Notes under the pieces: model-generated
What the model was told of the DNA's origin: nothing
The model's database searches: none
What the model saw: the letters and a program-made list of their open reading frames with translations, nothing else
Shown: positions 1-11,800 of the stretch, piece after piece
How positions within the stretch are numbered: the first letter of the stretch is position 1
Layout: every line of letters begins with the position of its first letter
Program-made: the position numbers and the translations under genes
NCBI GenBank assembly: GCA_036172245.1
Contig: JAYWIR010000025.1
Span: 2,976,001-3,040,000 of the forward strand
Direction of reading: 5' to 3'
DNA length: 64,000 bases
Source: Raillietiella orientalis
Lineage: Eukaryota

Positions 1-279
1 AGATCTGTTGTCCGGAATGAGGACCATCGTTGTTGATTCGACTGCAGGCGCTCTGCTCTCCTCCCGCGTCCGGAAAACTTCGGAAAACACCTGCAGTCGA
101 TCCTGAAGGAACAATCCCGAGCAGAAGCTATCAGTCACAAAGTCCTGTTTTCGGCAAATCCCCACGCGGCCGGATTCGTCGAGAGATCCTCCCACTGGCA
201 TATCCAGTTTCCTTTTACGTGGGGGGTCGCAGGCGGAGCGACGTGCTCGAGATCAGCCAGCAGAGAGATGGACGGGCGT

Positions 280-960
280 TTCCTGCAGCAGCACGTACGC
301 ACTGCTGCGGAATGAAAGAGAAGTGGTCCACCCTCGGACTCAGTCAACCGAAGAGACGGCGAGTCTTGGATTTAGTCCGTTCCAGTCGGTGACTCCCACT
401 CAGATGGAATTTCCTCCTGCCGTCGCTCACGGGAGTGGAGGAAATCCAGGAATCCAGGAAATTCCGGACTCCTCCTAGCCGGTTGGCGAAAGTCGCTTGC
501 AGGAGGATTGGGAAACGCTTCCCAAGGGCGTTGTCCAGCTGCTTGGCCTCCATTCCTGGGATGAGTTCAGGCACGCGTCAGAGCACCTCCTAGGAACCGT
601 TGCCGGAAAAAAGCCGGCCGGTCCATTTCTCAGGCTGGCCTGCCCTCGTTCGGTGCCCGCGGCGAGCAAACTGCGATCCGAAATCTGCTGTGCATATTGG
701 AGGTGTTGCCGTGGAAGCTGAGAAATGCAGAGCGGCTCCCACTTCTAATGCATCCGTCTCCAAGGACATGCTAATGGTACGAAACGAAGGACATCATCCC
801 GTGGTCGACCTGCCAGGATTGCAACTCGACTGTGCGCCGCAGGCACCCAAGTAGTAGTAGAATCGTTAAGTCCTCCACTGGTGCATGCCTTTGTCTCGGT
901 AATCTCGCTGCAGGAAGTTGCCAAGACAACAGCTCCCGCACACACTGGTGAGGTGCTGGA
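280..960 (+). mobile_element. Heavily decayed L1/Tx1-like LINE fragments (ORF2 C-terminus, then APE N-terminus relic)
   Basis: Translations CCGMKE.. and AGPFLRLACPR resemble the zf-RVT/C-terminus of the better copy at 62071-62470 (FAARFLRIASRWP). VSVISLQEV resembles the APE 'D/S-V-I-x-LQE' motif. Many stops and frameshifts. Confidence 0.3.
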
Positions 961-3900
961 CGCGCAGCTGGACGAGACTTTGCTCGCGCTCCGATCTGCG
1001 GGACGCGCCAACAGCGACTATGCTGTTGGCGCGAAGGAGGAAGGAAGAAGTTTGTATATTGGAATAAGGAAGAAGTAAGTAAGTGGAGGGGGGGCAGGGG
1101 GGAAGCAGCTCCTTCCCGAGCTTTCGCTGACGTCCTAGAAAAAGTACCGACCTGCGAGTGAGGGTGGTGGCGGCACGGACGGGACAGGTTCCTTGGGAGA
1201 AATCTTCTGACCGATGGACCCCTGGAACTCACTGTCCCTCAACGCCGCAGAAGCAGAGTTCCAGCGGAGTTCCCCCAGCGAGTTCGATTCATCCATCTAC
1301 GTGAATTGCTCTCCATCGGATGACCTTACCAACCTCCTGCGGGAAAGAGGGAAGCTACGGGTCCAGGATGCGACTGAACATGCCCCTCGGGCACGGTCAT
1401 CACTGCCGAAGGGGAGCAGGAATCGACTGCTGCAGCCTCTGCTACTCCCGCCGAGGTTCGCGTGCGGATTTCCGGAGAACGATGCGAAGGGAAAGGCCCT
1501 CCCTCCCCCCCTCCAAGGCAGCGACGCGTCCAAGAGAGGCTCTGCCTCCCCACCCGAGGGGCGCGGCCTGATGAGCCACCAAGCGAAGGTGTGCAAGGCC
1601 TTCCCTTCAGCCGGTTCCCCTGCTCCTCCACCGGGGAGCTTCCTTGATCAGTCCGCGGTCTCCTCGGCATTTTCGCTGCTGCTCATCTTCGCATCCATTG
1701 ACCGTTTTGTCGTAATAAAAAGAAGAGGAGGGGGAGGAAAAAAATGATGATGGATGGTGATTGCGAAGGCGGGCGTGACTGATCGACGACTAATGCAGTG
1801 GCGGCGGTGGTGAGGAAGGAAAGAGACGGAGGGGGGGGGGGCGCTAGAAAGTCTGGACCAAGTTCATCACTCGTCGACCAGCAGTCGGGATGCGGAGGAG
1901 TGTGAGCTCTCGAATCCTCCGGGACTGCAGAGAAATACCACGGCTTCAAGGACAGCGCTGCACCGTCAGTGATTTTTCTCCTTCACAGTCATACGCGAGG
2001 CTGCTTGGCGGTCTGAGGCCAACCGCCCCACCCACAGGCACTCCCAAGGTTTGCCGCCAGCAGCCTCAGGCTCCAGGATTTCCCGACTTCGGCAAAGTCG
2101 AAAGACGGTCAGTACCTCTTGGACGGGACTGCCACTGCTCGCCTCGTTCCCGACCGAGAGAGAAAGAGGAGGAGGCTGTGCCTGGGAGGCATCGTTGACT
2201 TCTCCGGCTCGCTTCGTCACGCAACCTCGGTCGCCTGAAAGATTGATTCCTGCTTCTCTCCCTGCTCCGTCCTCAGAGCCCACCTCGCACCGAAGGAAGG
2301 CGACGTTTCCTCGACCACGAGGGATTTTCTTTCGCCGGGAAAAGGTCCAGAGGCTGTCACCGGGGATGCGCGTGGCCTCCGGTCGAGGATCCCCGGTTCG
2401 AGGGATCAGCCACCCTGGCGAGGAAGGAGGAGCACCACACGCCGGTGCGGTACCGGCTCAGGGTCAGAGCAGTGTCAGGCACCGCCGTTTACCAGCCAGT
2501 TTTCCTGGAGGGTGCACGTGCTCTCAGGGAATGTTTAGCACGACCTTCTGTACAGGGCGACAACGCGTCATATGCTTGGGGATGGAGAGGAGCGGAAAAG
2601 ATAAGTGAAGGAGGAGGGGGATGTTCTCCTGGCGTGACCACCGAAATCTGGATCGACTTCTGGAGCTTCGCAGGGGGAAAGCGAAGAAGCGAGGAGGAGG
2701 AAGACCAAAGTTCCACGGAGCTGCGAACTTGTGCGTGCAGACCGCTCCACCACTCCTTCCGCTTTCCCAAGAGACTTCACCCTTTTCTCATCCTGCGGTG
2801 CCTGAGAAAGTTCCCCCCAGTTCTCTCGAGGTTTCGAAGGAACGGTCTCTTCTCCGTGTCTCTCTGTTTCGTTCGAGCTGCAGTCCGTCTCCGCCCCCAC
2901 CCCCTTTTCCGGATTCTTACAGATGACCTTTTCCCTAGCGCCGCCACCGCCACCACGCCTGCTCCGACGCTCGCCCCCACAGCAATGGCGCGAGCTGGAG
3001 ACCCTTCTTCTGGGAGGAGACGGGAAGGAAGGGGAAGTCGAAGGGGTGCAACGTCCTCCTGCAAGTCCTCACTCAGAGGGCCCGCGCTTCCAGAACCGGA
3101 CAAGGCCTCAGGGACGCGCCCTCAGGCGCGCTTCGAAAGGAAGAAGACAGTCCGATGCCGGCCTTAGCATCCCTTTTATTTCGAAGGACCAGTCGCAAGG
3201 CGCCCGCGTCTCCTCTTCACACGTGGTTTTGCCTCCTCTCCCACATTCTCCTCCCGGCATTCGGGAAGAGTGCTCGCGTACAGGTAGTTGTAGGACAGCA
3301 GCTTCCCCATTTCGGATAAGTTCTTCAGCAGCACCTGCACCTGGTACTTCGACCCTGGGAAAAGGCCGACAATCCTCTGCGTCAGGCGTGGCCTGGAAAA
3401 GCGAAAGAAAAAGGGATGAGTTTCCTGTGAACTCGTGAAGGGGAGGGGAGGGAAGGAGCGCTTCTCCCTTCAGAAACTTCAGGAGGCTCGCCAGAGGGGG
3501 GATTCATCTCAAACTGTTTGTTTCTCTGGGAACCAGGGAATGTACCACTGTCACTCACCACCACCGTCGGGGAAGCGCTTCCCCTGATCCTCCGCTCGAG
3601 ATTTTCTAGGGACAAGACCGACCAACAAGATGGAGAGAGAGAGCAGGGGCGGAGAGTCTTCATCCAGACGGGAAAAAAGGAAGAAGGGGGGGGGGTATCC
3701 GGCAATCCTCCGACTGCTCTTCTTTGGGTCCCCGAGCAGCGGTCGGTCCCATCGTTTCCCCTCCGATTCAGAGAAGGAGACGAGGAAGAAGAGCCCCCAC
3801 TGCTTCCCTCCAGCGGCCGGTCTGCGCGCGAAGGGAGAGACAGTCCCGTCGGAAAGCCTCGCATCCTGGCACTTGGCAACCGTTCCTCGCTATCTGCCCC

Positions 3901-5239
3901 AGCTCTCCGCTCTGACCTCTGGGAGGGCGTCTCGGAAGGTGCGCCCATCTGCGAAGGCGTGAAACATTCGGATTGCACGAAACGGATGGAAGAAGACGCG
4001 CTCTCGGAGCGGTGAGGGAGGCGGCGCCACATTCGCGTCGCGGAGCGTTTGCAGACACGGGTTCCCCTTGCGGACGGCGCCACGCCTTCGGCGGCAACGA
4101 CCAGCAAGCGCACCCGCGGCACAGTAGTCACCCTCATCCCGACCAACCGAAGGACAGCACGCTGGATCCGGATTCCGGAAGCAGGGCGGCCGCCCCCCTG
4201 CGAGCGGCAGCTGCCCTCGCAGGGGAATCACCCGATGATACCACCGAGCAGCTCCATCTCTTCTCACAGAGAAGACAGAGCTCCTTGGTTTCCCTGGATT
4301 CGAGAAGGAGCAGCTCGGGAGGCGGTTGACTCTCGCTTTGGAGAATGTGAGAAGAGGGAAACTGACCGACTGGCAAAATCCAAATCACCGCAGAGAGCTC
4401 TCGTTGTGATGCATCCTTTCAAGATGCATTCCGAATGCCCTGTGGTCTTAGGCCCGAGAAGAACCTCTGCCCCTCCTGACTTTATCGGATGAGGAGAGAG
4501 AGAGATAAGAAGAACAAAAGTGACGGTTCGAACCACCACCGTCCGGCATCCTCGAGACAATGGCCGGATTCAAGAAAGCGCACTGGATGCCAGGTCGAAA
4601 GAGATTCCACAGGCCTTCAAGGCTTGGCAAGCGCCGTGGCAACGACGAACTGTCACGAATCGTTTGCTGACGTTGCTTGGCCCAAATAAACCAACAGGGA
4701 AACGGACGTCAGGAGCTGTCGGTGGGGAGGGGGAAGAAAAGAGCAATCAGAAAAGAACACCTAGGATAAACGGCTAAGAAAAGCAGCTCAGGATTATCGG
4801 AGCATCTGAGAAAAGGGAGGAGGACGCAACGGGGATACAAAAACTTCCTGAGTTCCTGGATTTCCCTCTAACATCACAGAACTGAAGATCCGAGAATCTG
4901 CCACTGGTCAGATCGAATGGGTGCGGATTGGTCCAGGAGTTGCATCGAGAAGAGCGCGAGGAATGAAGATGAACGCTTGTGACAGAAAAGTCGAGCACGA
5001 CATCCTCTGGCAAGGGAAAAGCTCTCATGATCGACAGAAGATGCCTTGGGGGATGAAGGGAGGGGAGGGGAACTGAAGTGGATCTTCGGCGACTAGACAG
5101 CAGGAAGACGGAGGAGTACGACTTGAGATACGTGGGACCGTCTCGTTCTTTACTCATTCGGGATTGGTCCCCCCGCCCCTCATCATCCCTGGGTTCGCCG
5201 TATTTCATGACGATATGCTAAGACTGTTGAATGCGCATG

Positions 5240-5610
5240 TGATGTGGGGTTCCCCATCCTCCAGTCTATGTCGCGCAAGAGCCGCGAGAGAGAAGATCTG
5301 GAGGAGATGCGCATCTGCGTGGCGATCAAGGAAAGCCGTTGGAGGTCCCAAAGGGGGGGAAGGAACGGAGCCACGGCCAAAGTGGTGGGATGGAAAGAAG
5401 AGGAAGGAACTATATGTGCTTCAGGGGTGTTGCCAGATTGTTCCCAAGGCTTCGTTTCTAACACTCAAACTGTCACAGAGATCAATAGAAGAAAAAAGAG
5501 ACTACATCGTGCTTTCGATGGCTCCATCACGCAGCATCTCTCGAAAGCGGTCGTAAAGAAAGGCACTCAAATGGAGAGCTCCATTAGGAGACCATGGACT
5601 GCTCAGTGAT
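5240..5610 (+). mobile_element. Degenerate non-LTR reverse transcriptase fragment
   Basis: LPDCSQGFV...RRKKRLHRAFD resembles RT domains 2-3 (Q-x-GF ... AFD). Confidence 0.3.
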
Positions 5611-5786
5611 GGTTCCAGAAAACCGACAGACACTTCGTTCTGGCCTACAGCTCTGCATATACGGAAGTGGAGGCGGGTACATCTGATCTCGATAGGAAAG
5701 ACCCAAATTACTTTAGAATCCTTCGGAAGATAAGAAAAAAGAAAAGAAGGCTCACGTAACCAAAGCAGAACAAACGTTCAGCAGCC

Positions 5787-7822
5787 GGCAGCTGCAGGAG
5801 TAGACGATGTGCTCCAGAAGAAGCACCATCTTATTCTCCGCTCTCGCCACAGTTATGCATGCAATTTCACGTCCTGAGCCCCCCCTCTCCCCTCCCCTGT
5901 TCTTGGAGCTCTCAATCTGGAAGAAATAAAAGATCAAACAACGTTCAAACACCCTCGTGTTAACGACAAGTCTCTAGGAAGCCACCGTCTTTTATTCCCT
6001 GATCGCATGGAGATCGTTGTCAAGAGTGATGCGACGCTGGAAAAGTGATTAAAAACCTGTTTGGGAACTGCGCGGCTATGGTCCATAAGGATGAGTCGCG
6101 CAACTTTTCCATCACCAATGCGCTCGCTTATCTTTTTTTTTTTTTGGAAAGGAATGCAACGCTAACCGAGACCTCGGAAGTTGCGAGCACATGGAACCAC
6201 CCATTCTTAAGCCTCGATACCTGAGGGACCGCGAGCATGAAATTCTAAAAGTCCTTCAAACCCTACCAGCCTCTTCTGACGGCTGTTATCCCACCGCAGA
6301 ATTCCGCTGATGCCACGCGCTTCTAAATGTTCGTGACACGGAACACTCGAAGAAAGCAGAGACGTTCCATGAACAGGTGATCGAGAAGACCGAGCGGAAG
6401 ACTGAGAAACGGATGGCCCTCACGCGACCTTGTCTGCGAACCGGTTTAGCGAACAAACGCGTCAAAACAAACGGCCCGCGTGGCTGAGCTCTCCGCTCCT
6501 GGCACCGAGCGCCGCGGGTTCGAATCCCATCCGAGCAAAGATCCACGCCGAAAAAGGGGGTGCGTCGTGGGTTTCGGGTCCCCCCCCCCGCAGGGTCACG
6601 CTGGTTGGCCCATGGGCTTCGGGTGCGGCACTGGTGGAAGTCAAATGCATCCGCCGACCGGTGAGATTGGAAGTTTGACCCTCTGGGGTCCTTCCAGGAA
6701 TCAAGAAGTCCTTCAGCGTTGCTTCCGGTGACGAAAATGGAGTCAGCCTCCCCATTCCATCGCATATTGTGAAGCTGGTGGGTTGATGCCTCCCAAGAGT
6801 GCCAAGAAGAGAGCTGCTCCCTTTGGGGAGTGCCATGTAGGGCCACTCCTCATTTCTTCTCCGGAGGGAACCCTCAAGGAAACCCCTTCGAGGTTCTCTT
6901 CAAAGGAGAAAACAAGGGGGGATTTCCTTGAGGGTTTCCTCCGGAGAAGAAATGAGAAGTGGCCCCATAAACCGGGGATCCTTCCAGGGAGAATGAGAAA
7001 GAGGTTCCCTTCGGAATTCCTTCCCAAGTGCAAGGGGAACGGACTCTTTTTTCTCTCCGGAGCCCTTCCTGGATTCATCGGGTGTTCCCTCCGGGATCAC
7101 TCCCTATAGCTTGAAGGGTTAGATGCACCCTCGGGTGGCATGAACAGTGTGAAAGAGCTCTCCCCAAGGAGGCAATGGGTTCTTCAGCACTTGGTGCAAC
7201 AGACACGCCTTTTTGTGCGTTCGCTGGGTCGGAGATGGATGGGTAAAAAAAGAACATCTGGCAGGGGAGTGTCCATCGGTTTTTCGCAAACCTCTGGCTG
7301 ACGCACCTTCAGCTTGAGAGCATAAAGAGGTTGCCCTGGAGTAGGTGTGAGATGGCAACACCGGATTCAGAGGACGCTCTTCGACTTCCTCACCGGCTCG
7401 AACCACGAAGCATTCACCTGTTTCTAGAGAGAAGCCTTTCTCGTTATCGGCGCGGCAAGCGAATTACTCCAGCCAGCTGTCAAAGAATTCTGGGGACAGA
7501 TGGGTGGAGCATCGCAAACGGCGGTAGCATTACTGGAAAGTAACTAAGAGCAAGCAACTGATTGGGAAAGAACTGATTGCTCCAGAGTTCGGCACGGGAA
7601 AATTGCTTGAAGTGGAGAGAAGCGCAGTTGCTATCGCTGAAAGTTCTTCCACGTGACCGAAGTAGAATGACCGTTCAGCAGTCGACAGCTGCAGGAGTGG
7701 AACACGTGCTCCGGAAGTGGCAAAGGTTCTTCAGCAACAGAGAAAGAGAAGCACCTCAGGAGCCACAAAGTGCCATCGTATCCTCCGCCCTCGCCACAAC
7801 CGTACGTGCAGTTTCACGGCAC
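5787..7822 (+). repeat. Dispersed diverged repeat pair at 5787-5870 and 7688-7822, probably LINE C-terminal relics
   Basis: gctgcaggagt..gtgctcc.gaag ... ccatc.tat.ctccgc.ctcgccaca..gt.tgca.tttcacg is present at both sites. Confidence 0.5.
6473..7160 (+). mobile_element. tRNA-derived SINE, copy 1 (~690 bp), with an internal long hairpin
   Basis: A-box-like TGGCTGAGCT at 6481 and B box GGTTCGAATCCC at 6517-6528. Head, core (cgggtgcggcactgg..ggaagttgac..ggaatca) and tail (cttgaag..caccct..aaagagct) align with the reverse complements of 31805-32380 and 36955-37705. Confidence 0.75.
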
Positions 7823-8379
7823 ATCTAATTTTTTATGTATATTATTGGTGTGCATATTTAAATTTACATTCCATATATTATCTAATAATATGAAGAGGAC
7901 CCCGGTTCGCGGGGCTACTCCTCATTTCTTCTCCGGAGGGAATCCTTGTAGTCATAAGGACACGAAAGGCAACACCGTGCACAGTAAGTAGCACCTGAAA
8001 TGTTTCCCGGATTGGACCCGGATTTTTCTATTTCATGCATCTCGCATTTAAAGAGAACGAGGATCTTCGCAAGCATTAATTACCATGAATTTCTCTCATA
8101 AAGTTTGCGTATTCTTTAACGTGCCTTTTCTGTCTAAGCTTTCTGTGATTGGTAAAAAATATCTTAAGGATCATAGCGTGCTTAATTGCCACTCTGCTCC
8201 TCTTTAAGGTGCTTTCCTCGTTGAATTGTGCTTTGATTTAGGCATGCATCATATGATTAACGCTTGGTACATCACGAATGTGGGAACCACACACACACAC
8301 ACACACAAAACAATAAAAAAAAAGGAAAAACTGGCAAAGAACTGAGCCCTTTGAGTCGTCGACTCCACATCGGAAACAC

Positions 8380-8585
8380 ACACATTTTTCCTTTCGAGGA
8401 CACCCACGGGAAAGTCTCTCTCCCGCTGGAAAGTCTTCTGCAGGCCACACTTGGTTTTGGAAAGTGTTTTTATGGATCTTGAGGCACATACCAATTGCAC
8501 CCATCAAATCCCAAACACCGAAGCCAAAAGCAGCAATTACCGAGGCATTCGAACCCGAGGAGGAGTGCTATCTCCGTGCTGTGGG
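8380..8585 (-). mobile_element. Possible additional tRNA-derived SINE head (different or more diverged family)
   Basis: The minus strand reads ..ctcgGGTTCGAATgcc.. (B box), followed by a unit resembling the SINE internal repeat. Confidence 0.3.
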
Positions 8586-8894
8586 CAAAATTATTCATTA
8601 AAACGAAATTTTCACATTCGCATTTCACGTGCTCGTCTCCCCAGTTGCAAATTGCTTGGTTGCTATTCCATGATGGAAATGGCAGGGGATACTGAAATAT
8701 TAAGTCATTTATGTATACATAAATGTCGTAAGCAAATGAAGAAAAAAGAGCCGAACGGTTTCCATGACGATATGCTCGTAACGTGCAAACAGTATCGAAA
8801 AAAATTCCTCCGCAACGTAGGAATATGGTAGATGGAAATGGAAAAAAAAAAAAAAAAAAAACTGGAAACAAAAAAAAAAAGAAGCTCACAATGG

Positions 8895-11800
8895 TCAAAA
8901 GAAATAATTGCAGCTGTTTTTTCCTATATGAAGAAACGGTTTGCCACAGTTTCCTTTACAAGTTAAAAATAAATGGCCACACCTGGCTAACCTTGAATTC
9001 GTAACAGGGCAACCAACGGAAGCCTGCTTGAAGAACATGAATATGGAAAAACCTGACCTGCTAAAAAAAATAGAGAGAAGCAAAAACGGTGTGCCCATGA
9101 GGTGTTTTTTTTTTTTTAAAAAAAAACAAACAAAGTGAGGCAGAAAAAAAAAAAGGACTCCTCGGGTCTGAAACCGAGAGCCCTGGTACAAGAAACACCA
9201 AAAGGAACGGGATGCATCCCTCGAGGATTTCCCGCCCAAGTCCCGGTCCGTTTGTCTTGCACGCTGGCCGAAACCCAGGAGAGACTCTTGCAGAGGCTCT
9301 TGAAACGTTTCCGGCAGATCATTCCAAAGCGCACCAGTCGCTGCTCCAGCAACGTCGCCGGCAAGTGCAGATGACAACCAGAAGGTGGACAAAGTTCGAT
9401 AGATGGACTTTGCCCCCTTCTGGTTGCCGATCCACACTTCCCTGATGACTCACGAGCAGGGTCCGCGGAGCGTTCACGAGAGAATACCCCCTACACGTCA
9501 AGATAGGCCTGACCCCATAACCGATTTCCTGACACGTGCCTGACACCATAACCGATTTGCTTTCCACCTTACGCTATCAGAGGAAGCTGCCAAATCTGAC
9601 CAAGAAGTACTCACTCCGAGGTGTTCCTAATGCTTTCCTCGTGGCAAAACTTCGAGATCACGCTGCTGTCGATGGAAGAGGGAATCATTTTCTGGCACTG
9701 GTCAGGGTATATTCTGTTTTGACTCACGGCCACCTGGCGGACCACAATGCAGTACACGTTGCTGAGAGGGTCTGGAGAACGGTGCCAACTGATCTTCAGC
9801 GAATTGCAGGTGGAGGACAACAAAGAAATGTCCCTATCGGACGGGAGCTCGGGATAAACAACGTCATTGCCGGAGGTGATGAGAACATGGAGTAATGGGG
9901 ACACCCTCTTGCGGTATATGGGGCTCTCGATCGAGAAAGAGAGTTCGTAAACTCCTCTGGGAAGGCGGAGCAGAGGTAGCATCAGAAATCCCTGGAAAGT
10001 CCTGGACATTAGGATCGACGAATTGAAACGAAGCTTCATCTTGTATGTGTCCAAGCAGCTGTTAATCACAACAGTCACATCTTTGATGCTGTGCTGTTTG
10101 TAGCGGAAGACTTTGCTCGTTATCCTACTCATGTCGACTGTCACTGGTCTCCCGTTCTTCAGCATGGGTGCGGTGGAGGAATGCTTGCCCTTGTACTTGG
10201 CGTAGAGGAAGGAGAAGTTGGTCACGCTGTCCGTAGCGAAGACGGTCAGGTACAAGTTCCGTGGCCACTGGTTCTCAAGGACGTAGCCGCGTTTCTTGCC
10301 CACGCACCCGACGGTGATGTCATTCGGGAGGACTTGGGGATCGGTGACGTTGTTGTTCCTCCTGCGGCGCTTCTGCAGGACTGATTCCCCGGCGGCTCCC
10401 TTCGCGTGCGACGTGAGGCTGATGACCACGGGAAGGACGATCCCGTACCTGTCGGCGTTAGCTTCGCACAGGGAGTTGTAAAATCGCCGGGGGCTGGCCA
10501 CGATGCAGAAGTCGAGCGTGCGCTCGTCTAGTCGGGAGCTGGCTGTCAGTTGAAACACCGCGATGGAAGAACGTGGGAGGAGTACCTACGTGGATCTCAG
10601 AGGCTTCCATTTGATGAAGGTGTTGCAGGGGGGCCAGTCGGAAATCCCTATCCTACCCCGGGGCAAGCTGAGCATGAGAGACGGCAGGTGGAAGCTGACG
10701 AACACGTGGACGTACGAATCCCTGTCCACGCTCCTCAGGTGCAACGCGTACTCACCGGGAAGCGCCCCCGGTTGGGTGAAGACCGTCTGCTTCCTGCCGA
10801 GGACGTGTTTGACGACTTGGCCCTTGCGATCTGGAAGCCGCAGGCGCTCTCATCGCTCTGAAGCCTTTCGGTTCGTGGCGGTTCTGCGCGAGGGGGAGAA
10901 CCGCGCAGCAGCGCGCGCAGGAAACGCCCGCCAACCGGCGCGCTCTCCGGGAGCATCGAGGGAAGGGAGGACTGGCGCAGGCAGAGGGGGAAAGGAATGG
11001 GTGGGGGTGGAGGAGGTCCTCCTTTTCGATTCCAGCGGGAGCTACGAAAGGGCAGGAGCTGATCTTCCAGAAACGAAGCCGCGGAGTAGGGCGCTGCCGC
11101 GCTCCTGGGCAACGCGTCGCAGCCGATCGTCCGGCGCCTGAACGGGTTGTGTCTTCCCTCGTTGCTGGAGCCCTCGAAGAATTCCCACTGGCGAAGAGGG
11201 AGATGCAGGGCTTCTGGGTCACCCAGTCTCGACCCGCGCATCTTTTCGCCGAGGGGGTCGAGAACCGCAGCGACTGGAGGCGTCCCTGCCCCCGCCCCCC
11301 TACCCCAGTTTTCCCCTTTTTCAGCGCGTGCACCATCTGCCTCCTTCCCGCCTGTGGGACGTTTGGCACCCGCATACGCTCGCGTGCATCGACGGCTGAC
11401 GTGAGGCAGGAGCCGCTTCCTCGGAAGACCGGGATGGCGCCACGCTGGGTCGCCTGCCACCGTCCTTTTCCTCCGGCGCCACGAGGAAGGACGCCAACCG
11501 CTCACTCCCCCCTCAGAAAGTCCGGGACTTCTCTACGGACACCGCCTTCCTTCTCTTCCTTACCTTCGCAGCCTGCAGCAGCCGTTCCCTTCCAGCAGCT
11601 CTCCGGGCCACCGCCGCTCCTTCGCAATGTCCAGTCCAGCAGGGAGGAGCACGGCGTGACACTCACGACCAACACACTTTGGGGAGCCGTCACGTCGAAG
11701 AAAATTCTAGAAAGCAGAAGGGGAGGGGGTGAAGAAGAAGATGACAACAACAGGCAAAAGGGGCAGCTGGCAGGAGAGAGGGATGGCTGAGTGCGCAGGG

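Noticed and set aside
6473..6545. Functional tRNA gene (likewise ~32310-32380 and ~37640-37705)
   Set aside because: No convincing cloverleaf or anticodon arm, and each is the head of a longer dispersed repeat.
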